From positions 22,029,722 to 22,093,721 of the forward strand of contig OZ316896.1 in assembly GCA_973895155.1 (NCBI GenBank): a DNA stretch of 64,000 nt. The letters run 5' to 3'. Below, piece by piece: positions 22,673-36,677 of this stretch. The position numbers and the translations under genes are program-made. The stretch is from Marsupella aquatica (lineage: Eukaryota; Plantae; Marchantiophyta). The first letter of the stretch is position 1, and the number at the start of each line of letters is the position of its first letter. The notes below the pieces were generated by a model. The model was not told the origin of the DNA. It did no database searches and saw only the letters and a program-made list of their open reading frames with translations.

Positions 22673-25600
22673 TTTAGTCTAGACTTCCTCCGGACAGTTC
22701 GCACAGTGGTGTTGGCCGGCTTGCCAGCTGCATGCGAGAGGTTGTATACGGTCGGTAGCAGTTCCTTCGTATGTGGACCCAACGAACGTCGATTCACCGC
22801 GAACCGTTACGTCGTGGAATACCGGTGCAGATTCCAGTAAGAAGTTGCAGAATTGATGCCGCTGCTGGCTGAAGGATCAACGAATGGAACTGTGCGTACA
22901 TAGTTACCAGAACTGCCACGCAAACCCTCCGTCGACTGCCTTGCGTAGAGATAATGATGGAATCTTTCCGACTCCACTGACTCTTTCCCTGTCTTTTCTC
23001 TTCCGTCCTCCTGCCACTATTGAACTACGTGTGGGCTAAAGCTTTCTCTCCATAGAAGGCAACCTCAGCTCCGTCTCCAAGGAAACGAACTCAGCTCGAG
23101 CACTTTCGCACGAACGCAGTGCTCTCTCTCTCTGTCTTTCACGATAATTTACTGTTAGGGGTCCGGTTCATTCTGAAATTCATCTGATTCAAATCTTGGC
23201 CACCATGAATCCAAGACGTACATCACCGCTCACGTCTTACAATTGACTACAGTCGATATGTATCCCTGAATAAATCTGTCTCTGTTGTACTCCATGTCCA
23301 ATATCCCTTGGTGCCCGTGGACTAGTGAATTCGTTCCTCATTCTCTAATTGTACTGAAAATGTACTTTGGATTGAGCTGGATTTTTCCTCAGGCATGCAA
23401 TGATGTAATTATAACACAGCTGCACATTGGAAATTCGGATTTCCAATGTCATGTCCTTCTCCGCACACCGCTCTTGCCATCATTGCGAGTGGAGCGCCTG
23501 GAAACCCAGCGTGGAATCGTGGACGCACTACACTAATAAACAATCCAATCAGAATATCTCGAGCTTATCGGTCGTCGCTTTCACAATACTTCGTCTTACG
23601 AATCTGCACGCATGTCTTTTCCGGTCTCGATCCTCGCTGAACTAAACTAACTATAGAAAACTCTTTCTCTGTTTCTCCTGCTCGTCTCTCTCTACGGTTT
23701 CACTCACTTCTACGCATCTCTCATCCGACTCTCTCGTGGTCGGAGATCAAGTGCTGAACAAACAAAGAAAATAAAGATTCCCACGCTTGCACGCATTCAT
23801 ACTCAGACTGAATAATTGGTTGTCTAAATTTCTCAGCAGATCGTTCCCTCGAAAGCACTAATTCTTGCACGGGATGCTCAATTCGTCGAGCCCCGACCAG
23901 AATGCGCTCCCGTCAGCAGCAGCAGCAACATCGGGCAGTGCCATGCTTGCAAAGCATTGCAACGAGTGGCCCAACTACGAGACATTCGACCTCTGCCCCG
24001 CCGGAAGCTTATAAATGCAGCGCGAAATCAGGGAATTCTTCAAACCATAGCAATAATTGCATGATCGAAGAAAGATTCTAACGCTCTCGCAAAAGAAATT
24101 GCGCGGGTCCAGCCGTCCACGCTCTCGTTAATTCGCTGGCGCAATGCTCAATCGAAACGGCAGTGTCTGCAGAAAGGCGTTTCGTGGGTGGGTGGGTGGG
24201 TGATCGATCAACACCGGGCCACATGTACAGGAGCGATCCATCGATCAATCGACCAGCAAGCTCGTCGAATTGTGATTATCTCCTCTCCTACTTTCTTCTC
24301 GTCTCTTTGTGCAACGCTCTCCCCTCCTCCTCCTCCTCCTGTTGCTGCTTCGATCGATTTTCGCTCGCTCATCATCGTTTTGCTTCCGTTCCTCGTGGTC
24401 TACATTTGTACCGAGAGGTAATCATCGTTTCCGCATGAGCAGGATTGCAATTAGCGAAGAATTGCCGAAGACTGTTGCGGATTTAGTTTTGGTCGTGAAC
24501 TGCTACTGCAAATTCGAGTCTTGCGGATTATTTTAGGGGCTTTTATTACAAGAGGACCGGACACCAAATGACCCTTTTTAGATTCCTTCTTAATGCACTT
24601 TGTGATTTTTGTCATTTCTCATTTTATTTTTGTATATTTCAGTGAGTTGTTGTGAGTTGTTGGAGAAAATGCCCGGTTGAGATTAATTTTTATTTATCTT
24701 AAATTCACTTAGCAAAGTAGCAAATTCTCTGAATACAATTTTTCATAATACAATTTTTCCAGGCAATTGAGGGAGTGTCAAGGGCCATAGAAGAAAGTAC
24801 TCTTGACATGCAAGACAGCCTCAAAGCTCCCAAGTTTTCCCGGGCACTGTATCCTACCCTTTCCAACTTCCAATGCATTGGGTCTGCCTTTCTATACATT
24901 GTTTTTTGTTTTTGTTTTGAGAAAATATATTTTTTGGTTGTTGGAGAAATATAGCAATGTGGAAAAGAATTACTAAAGTCCTTTTGCCTCTGGGACCATG
25001 TTTCCCTTTTTGGCATTTTCTCCTTTCATTGGCACTCTCTACATGGATATAGAAGATATATAGAAGACTGGCCTAAATCCATGTTCTTTAAACTTGAATA
25101 GAGGTGAGGACCAAAAAGTGCATCTTTCATGCATTCTTCAAGTCCCTAGCTCCATCATGCCGCTCCATTGAGAGCTTCCTTGGCTACCACCAGCTACTCC
25201 TCAATGCCCTGGTTTGAATGTCATTACCAACTGGTTGCCCTTTCAACTACTTTCAAATGAATCCATCTAGTTCATAGACTTGCATTAAATTGTTAGTCAT
25301 TGTGAATACTCACCCCATCGCCCCCTTGTCATTTCTCACCCTCACCTTTCTAGTTACGCCCTCAAAGTCATGGTCTAGAAGTTTCACTCTTGACCAGAGC
25401 CCTAACAGTAGATTTTGATTGCAATTTAGTAAGTTGAGCCTGAATGCCCATTATTTTTAATCTTAATTTATAAAAATGATGACAAAGGTCATCATGCATG
25501 ATCATCAATGCACACATCCCATACTTTTTGCCATCCACATAAATTTTGGTGGGGCCCTAGAGTCTCGGTCTAGAGGCTTCACTCTACAAGCCTAGACCAC

Positions 25601-26314
25601 AACTCTAGCTTCTCATAGCGATTAGTTATAAAGATTAGAGAAAATTACCCTTTCCTTGAACAAAATAGAGATGAGATGCAGGAAAAGGATTCCCCCTTTT
25701 TGCCAGTTTTTCTTTGCGCCCATCCTGGTCTGCACCCGCACTTAGAGTTAGTGTTTAGAGGCTTCTTTCTAGCTTTATTAGTTAGACTAGCCTGATTACT
25801 TGTTTCCTTGAACTCAAATCGAGATGAGTAGAGGAGCCAAAGAAAATGTTCAAAAAGAGGATTCCCCTTTATTCTTCTTCATCTTTCCTCCCATGCCTGT
25901 CTGCACCCTCACTCAAGGCCGTCTTGGATGGGGTCTTGCATGTCCTGAAAAAAGCGGCCCTTATCACTCCAACATTTTCATTAAAAAGTGAATAAGTATA
26001 TATCCATAGAATCTGCTCACGAAAGACTCGTGACCTGCCCAAGCAGTCTGGTGTCCTTTCTTTTTCCACACCCTTGTTCTAGTACAAGGATCCATGCTGG
26101 AAACATTGCACCAAAATATGTCCATGCAAAGTGTCTCTTGTTTTGGTGTTAAATTGAAAGGCTGGGACTTCAATGGCCAGAAAGTTGCTGGCCCTTTCCC
26201 TTCACAATCCTCATTCAGTGCCATCAGGACTCCTTGGGGAGGTGGTTGAGGCATGGAAGTGTAATCCAGTCAAAACTTGCCAGAAATATACTAAAAGGAT
26301 CTATTTTTTAATCA

Positions 26315-26652
26315 AGGACCATCACATGCAAGACAGCCCTTAGAACTATGTAGACTGAGGCCCTTAGATTAGGGTCTAGAGGCTTCACTCTAGACAACAG
26401 GCCCAAGCCTAGAAGCTTAACTCTAGTTGCAATACAGCATGCTAACAAAGTGTTATGGGCTGAAACTTTTTAGACGTAAGATTCTTGTGGGGCTTGTATT
26501 TAGGTAGCCCGTAGCTCCTTACGTCCTATCATAAAGCATAAACACCGTATCTCATTTATGGTGCTGTTTTGACACGCCATAATAGACCCAGTCTAGATAT
26601 TTCCATCTCACATTATAATTCCTTAGGGCTGTCTTGCATGTGCAAGAGTCCT
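26315..26652. mobile_element. Possible MITE-like remnant
   Basis: cacatgcaagacagccct (26323-26340) is inverted at 26625-26642; a related motif occurs at ~24808; ggtctagaggcttcactcta is repeated nearby. No TSD resolved. Confidence 0.35.
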
Positions 26653-27465
26653 CAGAAAAGCAGCCCTTACCAGCCCAAACTTGTCATGGAAAAGTGAGAT
26701 CTCAAATGTGCAGATAATCAGGAAGGGAATATGTGTGCCATCCACACTCACCGCGTTTCTTTGTTTGTCCTGCATTTTGATCTTTCTCTGTCTTTCAAAG
26801 GTTGGGAAGGCAAGGGCCAGATACTTTCCAGCCCTTGCCCTTGAGAATCCTCAAAGACAGCAGCCAGGATTGGCTCTTGAGGGGGAATTGCACAAAACAC
26901 TCAGTCAGTACAAAGTTGCCACCCGATCATTTGAAGGGGAGTGTCGCAACCCTATCAGGTACCCCTCACAGTTATAAGATATCAGTCAAAGATATCAGTG
27001 ATTACAAATAGGATTGGAAGTGACTCAAGGAGGTTGTCAAGTTGTGGACTTAGAGTATTGAAGCCATCATTTTTTGAAGGACTTGGTGAAGGTTGCTAAA
27101 TGTTGCCCAAAGTGACTAAGCAAGGTTGTTGAGTTGTGGATTTAGAGTATTGAAACCGTTATTGTTTGAAGGACTTTGGAGAAGGTCGCCAAAGGGACTC
27201 AACGAGGCCGCTGACGGGAAGGGATGTATGGGCTCCGCAAGGACGCTGAGCTCAACTGATATCAATGAGTCATTACTAATATGGTTTTTCAATACCCTCA
27301 CATGCAAGAGGGCCCTTAGATCATTGAGATCGCACTCCATAGATCACCGTTTCAGAGTTACACGTCATTACATTGTAACTCGCTGTCAGGCTTATCCATC
27401 AATTAACCCCGATTTTGAATGTTGGAGTGTGAATTCTTTACCTTGGAAGCTTAGGAACCCGAGCG

Positions 27466-29864
27466 ATGGCGATGGTGAGCATCCCCTGCAGAGCTCTTGG
27501 GACCTTCTCGTCTGGATCGCCTCTCGGAGGTGCGAGCCTCTCCAATTTTTCCGCACTCGCAAGTCCGTCGCTGCATTTGCACCCACTTAGACGGCAGAGT
27601 CTGCGGCTCACCAGACGAGAACCGACGAGGAATCGAGGCAGCCAATTCCGAGAGGGAGCGGCATTCGCATCACTCAAGGTAACCCACTTTCCTTCCTCTT
27701 GGAAATGATGGGTACATTCGCTCTTGACCTTTTCTTTCTCAATTGGACTCAGCGGTCTGAGCTTGTGGGCGGCATCCTAAATTCCACATGCGTTCTTTTC
27801 TTCCAGCTAGGCTTCTGTCGTTGTTCTCTTCGATTTTTATCATGTAAATGAAGGCATTTGAATGTCTACGGCACCGATCGTGTGCTAAGGTTACCCAGAC
27901 TCCAAAATTTCAAGGCAGATCAGTAGGTCACTGAGCAGAGGACCAATTGGCTAGTAAGAGGATCACACTAGTAGGAGAGGAACAGCTTGGTGTTCACTTT
28001 TCTGGCCGTTCTCTTCCTCAATCGCGACCTTTAAGTTTTGATCCTCTAACCTTTCTACCCTACTTTGAATTTTTTAATGTACTTTTTTAGCGGTAACAAT
28101 TTGCGGGAACGAATGAGGAAGGAATCGAAGGACGCCACTTTTCTCCGTGGGCCTGGAAGTACTTACTGTCAGCCAATTCGAAAATCACAGCAAATTGGAG
28201 GATTGTTGAGGTGGTTAATTGTTTTTCATTCTGGTTCGCTCTTCAGCTCTGGGTGCCTCATGGATTTTCTAGCAAGGAATCGCTTCGATTTGCTTTGACA
28301 TTTGCATGAGGTTTATCAACTATACAACAGACTTAACCACTTTGCTGCTTGCAGAAGAAGTGTAGACTTGAAGAATATTATTCAATTCACATTTGGTCAT
28401 TGAACCACCAAAATCCAACTCTCTCAACCAAATGTTTCTTACTTTGCTCATAATTGACAAAAACATCCTCACTCAGAACATCGTCACATTTGAAATAGCT
28501 GCACGGGCAGACATAGCGCAAACTCTGTTTTGATTTTTATCGTTCAGTTTCTTTCAGTTTTCTGGAGAGAGACGGCTCATATTGCTTTCGTCCGTTTTTC
28601 TCTTTCTGGCTCATTGACACAGTGTTCATTCGACCCTTGGCCCTTTTGGGCCATTAGAGAACAAGTTTTCTGTTGTCGCTTTCATGATTAGGTTGCACGA
28701 GTCAAAGTAATACCTCGTCTCAACGCAGGAAGAATTGCAGATATACCTTGAACAGTTCCAAGAGGTGAAGTTTGACATCAGTCTAGAGCAGAAAGCAAGG
28801 GTCACTTGCCCAGTTTTCTTGCCTGCAAATATCATGCCGAAAATTGGTTTGGAAAGCACGCGACACGGCGAGTAGACGATAATACTCAAAGTGAAGAAAT
28901 TTTTCTTATCGGTAGCTGTTCAGTCTAAGCTAATAAATGGACTTCCACTCGGTAGGTTCCTCATAGTCTGCATGGGAACGACTAAAGCAACACGTGTGGC
29001 CTTTGTCTAGCAGATCTGGCAGCCAAGAACTAGGGGTGGGGGGTTTGGTGAGCCTTTGCAATGAGCCTCTGCAATCTGAACGAACCTCAGCTATTTGCCT
29101 TTTGACCAGGATGCTCAAGTACTGGTGCAGTCAGGGGTGGTCCGGCTAGTCCCATCAGCTGAAGCCTCAAGCCTCCTCTCTGAAGAAGGATATGCCTTGT
29201 TGGATATTCGACCCAGTTGGGAGCGAGAAATGGCTTTTGTGCCAGGATCATACAATGTACCTCTGTTCGTCGAGGATACCAGTACCGGTGCGTTAACTCT
29301 ACTCAAGAAGAGCATACAACAGGGCCAAGGCGGGTGGTGGAATGGCCAGAAACTTACCACCAGAAATGAGCAATTCGTAGAACAAGTTCAGGCAGCTGTT
29401 CCTCCAGGCCAAAAGCTGCTAGTTGCATGTGGAGAAGGGTTGAGGTAATCTGCATCTCCTATCTGATTGCTATGAGTTTTGACGCATCGTTTTTAGTCAC
29501 TCTCCTCAGGACGTTGGTCTTGGTGGCTAGATAGGTCACACTAGAGTGCGTTGAAGTGGACTCGTCAAGCTCTGTCTCTGTAAGTGTCGATGATCTATTT
29601 TCATAAAGGAATGAAGTTTAAAATTTAAATTTTCACAGGTCCTTGCTCGCTCTTGAGGAACTGAACGATGCTGGATTCGAGCAACTAGCTTGGTTAGCAG
29701 GCGGGTTCAACACGGCGAGAGATACAGACTTTCCGAACGTTGGGGGACCCACAAAGCTCCGATTTGCGACTGTGGGAGGTGCTTCGGAGTATGTATTAAA
29801 GTTTGCCATGTTTGTTTCAGGTATAGGTAAGGGAAAAGAGTCCTTGGATAGCACGGGATCCTAG
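27466..29864 (+). CDS. STR10: Chloroplast rhodanese-like domain protein, 3 exons (27466-27678, 29110-29444, 29639-29864)
   Basis: Transit-peptide-like exon 1; GYALLDIRPSWERE...VPLFVED...TLLKK...LLVACGEGLR|SL...WLAGGFN...LRFATVGG; GT-AG junctions keep the frame. Confidence 0.88.
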
Positions 29865-31010
29865 TCTTCTTGTACACTAACATGATGCTTTTCAGATGTC
29901 GGTACTTCCAAATGCTGCTCAGCATTCGGGGCCCATACTGCGACCATCTAGTATTACTCCTGTACATTGAACGCTCTCTCAAAATCAATGTGGAGGGTCC
30001 ATCTATGTGGATTATATTTCTGGATCTGTTCGTTGACAATTGGCTTGCAAGAGATGTGCCACTTCGTACTTTCACCTGCCCCACTAAAATTGCCGTCTGT
30101 CCACTTGTCCAATCAGTCCATTCTCGCAGATATGACATGGATAAGCACCAACTTTGGATTGTCAATTACAACCACTTCACAATAGCGGGTGAGTGACCTG
30201 AGGACGAATTCGAAAATTCTAGTTTGCAGCACACTGTGCAACGCAGTATTATAAAGACCACACATGACGTGCCATGCAGTCGTTACTCGCTCGCAAGCAG
30301 AAGGTCGGTCCGCCATAGGACTGGGTGTGCACCCAACATATGCAAAATCTTCATCCGAGCTTTATAGATGAAGGTCACGGACTCAAAAACCTTCAAAATG
30401 TTTTTCCGTCAAACTCTTAGGTAACACGCCACACGAAGAGTACCAAACTGATGGTGCATGAATGTCCTACGATCATGTTGTCCTTTGAATTGCCCAAACG
30501 CCCAAAATTAGGGGTATTGTGTGTTGAAGACAATCCAGCAGTGACGCAAAAATAAGCCATTCATACAAGTGAAATTCATGACTCTCTAATCAAAATGTTC
30601 AGCTTGCTCGTGCCTTTCAGAAGCCACAGTGTGGCTGCTCCTGATGACAATTTTATTGACAGCGTAAGTGAAAGCTCCTTGTCACGGCTTACCAAGCCAT
30701 CACAATCCAACTTCCTCTAAAAATAATAAAAACCCTGATAAGAGTAGTTCACTGAAAGGATATTCTAATATTTATGTAAAGTACTCTCCTCAGCTAACAA
30801 TGGATTGACCGACTCCAGTAAATGTTCATTTGAATCGACGCGAACCTTTGCTGTCCAGTCTTCCTCCCTATCGGTAAACTAGACCAGATGTAAACACTAG
30901 ACCGTCTCTCAGTATCAAAAAAGTGGACGCCCACACATTTGTATTTCGCCATTCCCAATTTAGGACCACACGTGCCTGGATAGTCACAGCGAGAGCGAAT
31001 TACAAGATAC

Positions 31011-34000
31011 CTATGACGATACACTTTGTATGGCCATGCCAAGAGCCCAGGCTGCTTCGACCTCTGCCTCCTTGTAGACCACCCTCTTTACTAATCTTAT
31101 CGGTTGATCACGTTGGACACCTGCCACCCAATTGAAGACTTCGTTAACAAGAACGATATATGCGCAAGAGCGACATTTCTAGTTTGACACAAGTTATTAC
31201 ATCATGAAGCAGGTAAAACTTGTAGAAAGTTATTATCCTTACCAAATCCATCGACGAGAAGAACATATTCGTAGAGCAGGTCCATGCATATGTAGGGTCT
31301 GTCAGATGCCTGTATGTCCGGGTACTTGGACGCAACTTCTTCCAAGCTGGTACCACAGACTTCTTTTGCCGCATCTTCAAATTGAGAAGGTTTAACAACT
31401 GCAGTTGGAGCTTTGCTATCCTTAATAATGCCTACCTGAGAACGCATAACAAATTCAAGGTTTAATACCCAGGTGGACGCAATTTATAATATTTATTTTC
31501 ATCTAGAAAGCGAACTGGCCTGGCATCCAAGTATTACTAGTTAGGAGGATCATGCGACTGAACTTCAGGCAACAATACCTTGTCAATTCCAATGGAGTGG
31601 CGATGCAAGACTTTTCTCCCCCTTCTGTTACAACTTCCTCCTCTCTAAAGACCAAGAAAACAACTATCTATCCACAACAAAACTCCGGACAAACTCACCT
31701 CTGCAGCCTTGTCAAAAAAGAAAGAAGCTACAAGAAGGTTCGACTGGCCAGATCCTCCGCCCCCACTCCAGACCCCACCAAACGTGCAATGCAAACTGGT
31801 ACAAGTTTCGTCCTTCTTCAAGGCTTTCAAAACAAGGTCTTTGCAGCCTCCGACATCAGCACCATTAGTAGCTGCTACGGCCGTAAACTTCTCATCTCCA
31901 TATTTGTATGCACCTGGATCACAGTGAAGGCAACCATCAGTTCAATGAGAAGTTAAGCCCGGATCAGACTCACATGATAGAGTAGTTGTCATTACACAGA
32001 CAAGAATCCTCTTCTCGTATACACGTCATTTGGCCGACGAAATAGGGCTCGTCAACCAACATGAGGAATACAAATAACAAACCTATAGATTCTTTCACTG
32101 AATCATACAACTGACCAAGATAAATCCCAGCGTGAACATAGGAAATTACAATTCCAGACCTCCCTGCAAGGTGTATGAGGCTATAGGGTGCAACCAACTG
32201 CAGCAAAATTTTCTAGGAAATCCTCATACCATTGTATCCCTGGAGAAGACAAGGACAGGTACTGTCCTTGGTAACGAGCCGGAGGATCCCAGCCCGGACA
32301 GCATAGAGTCCATACCGCAGATAGCTGCCACAGTTGTTATCAGAGTGCTTTAGAAATATTCATGATACGAAGAAGACAAAACGGAAAGCAGTTGCAACTG
32401 TTGGCATACCTGTAGACATAAAGGTGGAATTCCTGGCCAAGCAGCTGCAACTTGACGATGTAAGATGCTCGGTCTTTCAGAGGTTTGGGTGCCTTCTTAG
32501 AGGCTTCGTTTGATACTGCGTAAGACATTTGAACTGAGCCTCCTCCAAGATCCACCACGCCAACTGTGTCTTCAAACGACTTCCGAAGGTTGCCGAGCAA
32601 GTAGTTGACAGTGATCTGCAACACGTGTTTACAAGGGTGTAAATATTTTCTTTCTACATCAATACACTATGATAGTAGAAAGTCATCTGATTCAGGAAAG
32701 AAGTTCAGCATTTATGCCCGTTCGGCCGGGAGCTTGTGAATTATATGGTATACTATCGGTATTAGTTCAATTGGTTAAAGAGGACAGCTAGTCAAGAAGT
32801 CTCCTAAGTGCTGCAATCAATTGGTTCATAACCCTGAATTTCGCTAAATAAGCTCCGCAAGCGCTTGCTTCAATTTCGTTTGAGATATTTAATAACAAGT
32901 AAGAGAATAGAACAAGAGTTACCCATTGATAGGTACCCTCATTGGCACCATCCAGGATGGAAACCCAATCATCTTCGAATTTGAACCCACTTTTGTGAAG
33001 CAGCAGCCGTACCTGCTCAGGACATTTCAGCTCAAATACCATCTCCTGACTTCCTATCTCAACATCTCGACCATCTATTTCCATAGATGGTCGAGATGTT
33101 TAAAACGAACTGAAGAAACTATTTTGACCGATGACTCCACATAACGTGTTCCAAATAGTCATCAGGACCAAAAAGAAATAAACGCATTTTACCCAACAAA
33201 TAGTAATATCCATCAATTAGGTCAATTGCTGGTACCTCACTTAAGATCTTCTCTGCAGTATCTCCAGGTAACAACCTCAATCCTGCAGTGGCCTGCATCC
33301 ACATCGTGGGGAAAGGTCACAATGTGTCAGGATAGAAACCCCCGCAGATCAACAAACTTGGCATTGTGTGAAGCACAGGAGATCATGAAGTTGATTAAAT
33401 ATAAGAGTCTCCTCATACGCAAAGGTGCGAAGTTCTATTTGCACAAGACTTGAATGCGGAGTTTGTAAGAAGAGTAGAGAAAAACCTAATTACCCCAAGG
33501 CGAACAGGTGTTGATGAGTGGAGGCTTTCTGGCACAAGGTCGAGAGCCTTCTTGAGTAATCCATTCAGAGATTCAGCCCCATTCTTAGGATTGTCGCTGT
33601 AGTTGCTCAGTCCAGGTTTGATCTGTTCCGAGAGTTAAGAACACCAACAGGAAAACACCCTGAATAAGTGCGAACAAAAGGAGATGATCGAATAAATCGT
33701 TATGACAACTATCTTTAAAATAAGCTCGAGGTCCAAAGAAATTAGCCATGCCCCACTTAAATACACACTGAGATGAACCATTGACTTCACAGAGGCTGAT
33801 ATGACGCGACTGGCTTTCACAACTACAGCTCGACGACTGCCAAGACAGGGACGTGCTGGGAACAACTGTTGCATAAATGTGGAAGGAAAAGACATGGTCA
33901 AAGCATTCCTGGACCAGGGATGAAGTATGCTTCTTCCTAGCAGTAGGAAACAGCTCAACACCCAACAAAAACTACAATGGTACTAGTGCTCCAGTTTTTC

Positions 34001-35037
34001 TGATTCTCATCCTTCCATCTCCAAGTGTGACCAAACTCCATAGCTTCCTTCAGATCTATGCTTACACGTGGGAACCTTTCGATCTGGCTTGCTCAGTGAC
34101 AACCGAATGGCTGATCGACGGGGGCCCCATAAGAGTATGGACGCTAGAAACCAATGCAGCTCAGACCTCCCTATGAATGTTGTCTGAAGACAGATAGGTA
34201 ATCCTCCGATCTAATTGCTGAGACTAGAAGGGCTGGAAGTTCATCAATTCGTCCCTCATCCAAAATCACATCTAAGACACCGATTCATGCAAAAGTGGGT
34301 TTGATCTGGTAGCTACTCAGAATATTCATTTCGATTTCCCCTAATTCGACTGCCCATTTAAGAAACACCAGATCCCATGATCAACCAATCCCCAATTGCC
34401 CCAAGAAGTTCTCTTTTTCTGCCACCCCGACCGTATTGTGCAATTTGTGAGACCTGTATGACATGAATGACACTGAAATTACTAGCGCAGAGAGGCACAA
34501 TCCGACTGCAAACGGACCGCAACAGCGAAGATGCAGCACCTGTTCAAAGAGCTCCAATTCCCCATCCTCCATCTTGACGAGATCCACATTCTTGTCGAAG
34601 CAAAACACATGTACCCTACTTCCTGAGCTGCCGGCATCGAATATCACCGAGTAGCGCTTAGAAGATGACCCCCCTTTCGCGTTAGTCGACTGCCGATCGA
34701 AAAGATCTTCAACAGCACTACCTGATGTGACCCCTTCGTCCAGAGAGCGGGGCATCATGAGGAGAACGAACGCAATGAGCGCAATCGGGATAGAAATCAC
34801 AATCACCACTCCCCGGTATCTGTACAGCTTCTCGGTCAGCGTCTCCTGCCGAACTCGCCTCATCTTGCCACCGTCGTCTTTGAGCAAATGGGACTCCTCC
34901 TCTCCGTCTGGCTCCGTTTTGGATGTGGGTCGGAAGCGAACTTGAGAAAGCGATGACGCCCGGGGCGACTCCGTCACTGATACTCGTATCTCTTTGGCGG
35001 CCTCCACTGCCCCCTCGTCCCCTTTGCTGACCTGCAT
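31011..35037 (-). CDS. Apyrase (GDA1/CD39 NTPDase, APY1/2-like), about 9 exons
   Basis: N-terminal TM helix; ACR1 [12 protein letters not shown] (exon 35037-34540), KPGLS (33622-33494), ACR2 ATAGLR (33292-33236), ACR3 DGANEG, ACR4 [28 protein letters not shown]5 EAAWALG; stop at 31011-31013. Confidence 0.92.
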
Positions 35038-36332
35038 TCACTCGTTCCGTAATTCCCACACCAACTTTTGCTTCTCCTCTCTTCTCTCTCTTGATCTGGA
35101 TCCCCTGTTCCTAGATCTGCTCCACTCATGAAGCAGGGTACATACGGAGACTACAGTACCACCAGATCTGTACTATAAAGTTCCAACCCCGGCAATGATC
35201 TGCGTCTTCTGCGACGTGGGATTTGCTGAAAACACCGTCAGGAGCGTGTGGTAGCCAACAGACCAGTCCGAGCGTCCTAGCATTCGTTAGGCAGCTGGAA
35301 GAAGGAACTATTCAACAGGGAGAAAGGTCACGTTCTTAATTTCGAAGCTGCAAAGCTCAAGTAACCTGCAGAAAGAACGTCAAACGTAAAACCCATCCAG
35401 GGATCCACTAGCTAGTCAGTCAGTCTCCCTTTCCCACCGCCTCTCGCTGCCCTCAATCCCTCATTGACTGAAGATGAATAAAAGCAAATCGGGCAACCGC
35501 ACCAGAACCAAAACACCACCGCTTTTAGCTTCCGAATTAGCAGCACAAGGATCTTTGCATTCACAACGACTTTCAATTTGGTGCTTTCCTCCGGAGTCGT
35601 AGGAGAGACAACTTGTTACTCGACACTTTTCCTTCTCCTGAAAGCTCAAAGTCTGGAGCACATAAACAACATCGTGGGTTTGCTTCTGTGGTTTCTGTGC
35701 CCACAAATTAATGCCGAACGAAGCAGTGAGCAGACTAAAATTAGCGTCACTAATAAATGAGAGAAGCTCACAACAGCCTGTCGAGAATCTCGTGCCTGCT
35801 TTTGAGGTGTGGAGGTGTGGGTGAAGAAGCCCAGCAGAAGCAGAAAGCAGGCTCAGGGTTAATTAAAGGAAGACTACAGTCCACCCTTTGCTCAAGATCC
35901 TCATGGATGATGGATCTGACTGAATGATGATCAAGAAGGCAACTGGACCGAATATGCAGGCTCAAACTCGAAGGCTGTGCCAAAAAGTGAGGGTCTCTGG
36001 TCTCAGTAACTTCACATCAAAATATGACATACATGGCATCAAAATATGGGACATACAAAATATGACATATCTAAATATGGCATATGTAGCATATGATATC
36101 GTTCCATACCATGATAAACCTGGTCAGTGAGTGCACATTGTCTATTATCACATTTTGATGTGTGATTACTGGCAGGGGTCTCATAAATAGTGTGATGGTG
36201 ATTCAAAGGGAATGATACAATTGTTCAGGGTGGCAAGGGGAGATGAGATCCTGACCTTTCATTGGTGACGCTAACAAAATTCTCATCCGTGTTGTTTCCT
36301 TCTCAAGAGATATTACTAAAACATGTTTTGAG

Positions 36333-36677
36333 TGTTAGGATTTACTCTTAGGTCTAGAGTTACGACTGTACCGTAGTTAAGACTAACCTTAGTCGTAGAC
36401 TTGGTTAGGTTAGTCATACTGTGCACACTCTATAACCAAGCGGTGTTTGCTTGGAGAGTGGAAACTCAGGCTCATTGGTACGAAGTTAATTGAGAAATAG
36501 AGAGAGCTTACGTTGTGGATGCTTGGTATGGCCGGTCGGCCTAAAGTGCAGTAAAGCTCATGTGTGTTCCCGTGGACGTAGTCTCATGTGGAGGTGAACC
36601 ACGTATCTCTCTGTGTCGACTCTTGTGCGTTGTATAGTTCATGGGCTTGCCGTTGCGATTGTCGTCTATGCTCAACA
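36333..36677 (+). mobile_element. Solo LTR (Copia-like) with 5-bp TSD
   Basis: TGTT...AACA ends; TSD ttgag at 36328-36332 and 36678-36682; gacgtag...gaaccacgta motif. Confidence 0.88.

Noticed and set aside
27030-27195. ~93-bp tandem duplication (similar case: 39-bp duplication at 36716-36791)
   Set aside because: Simple local duplications with no further structure.
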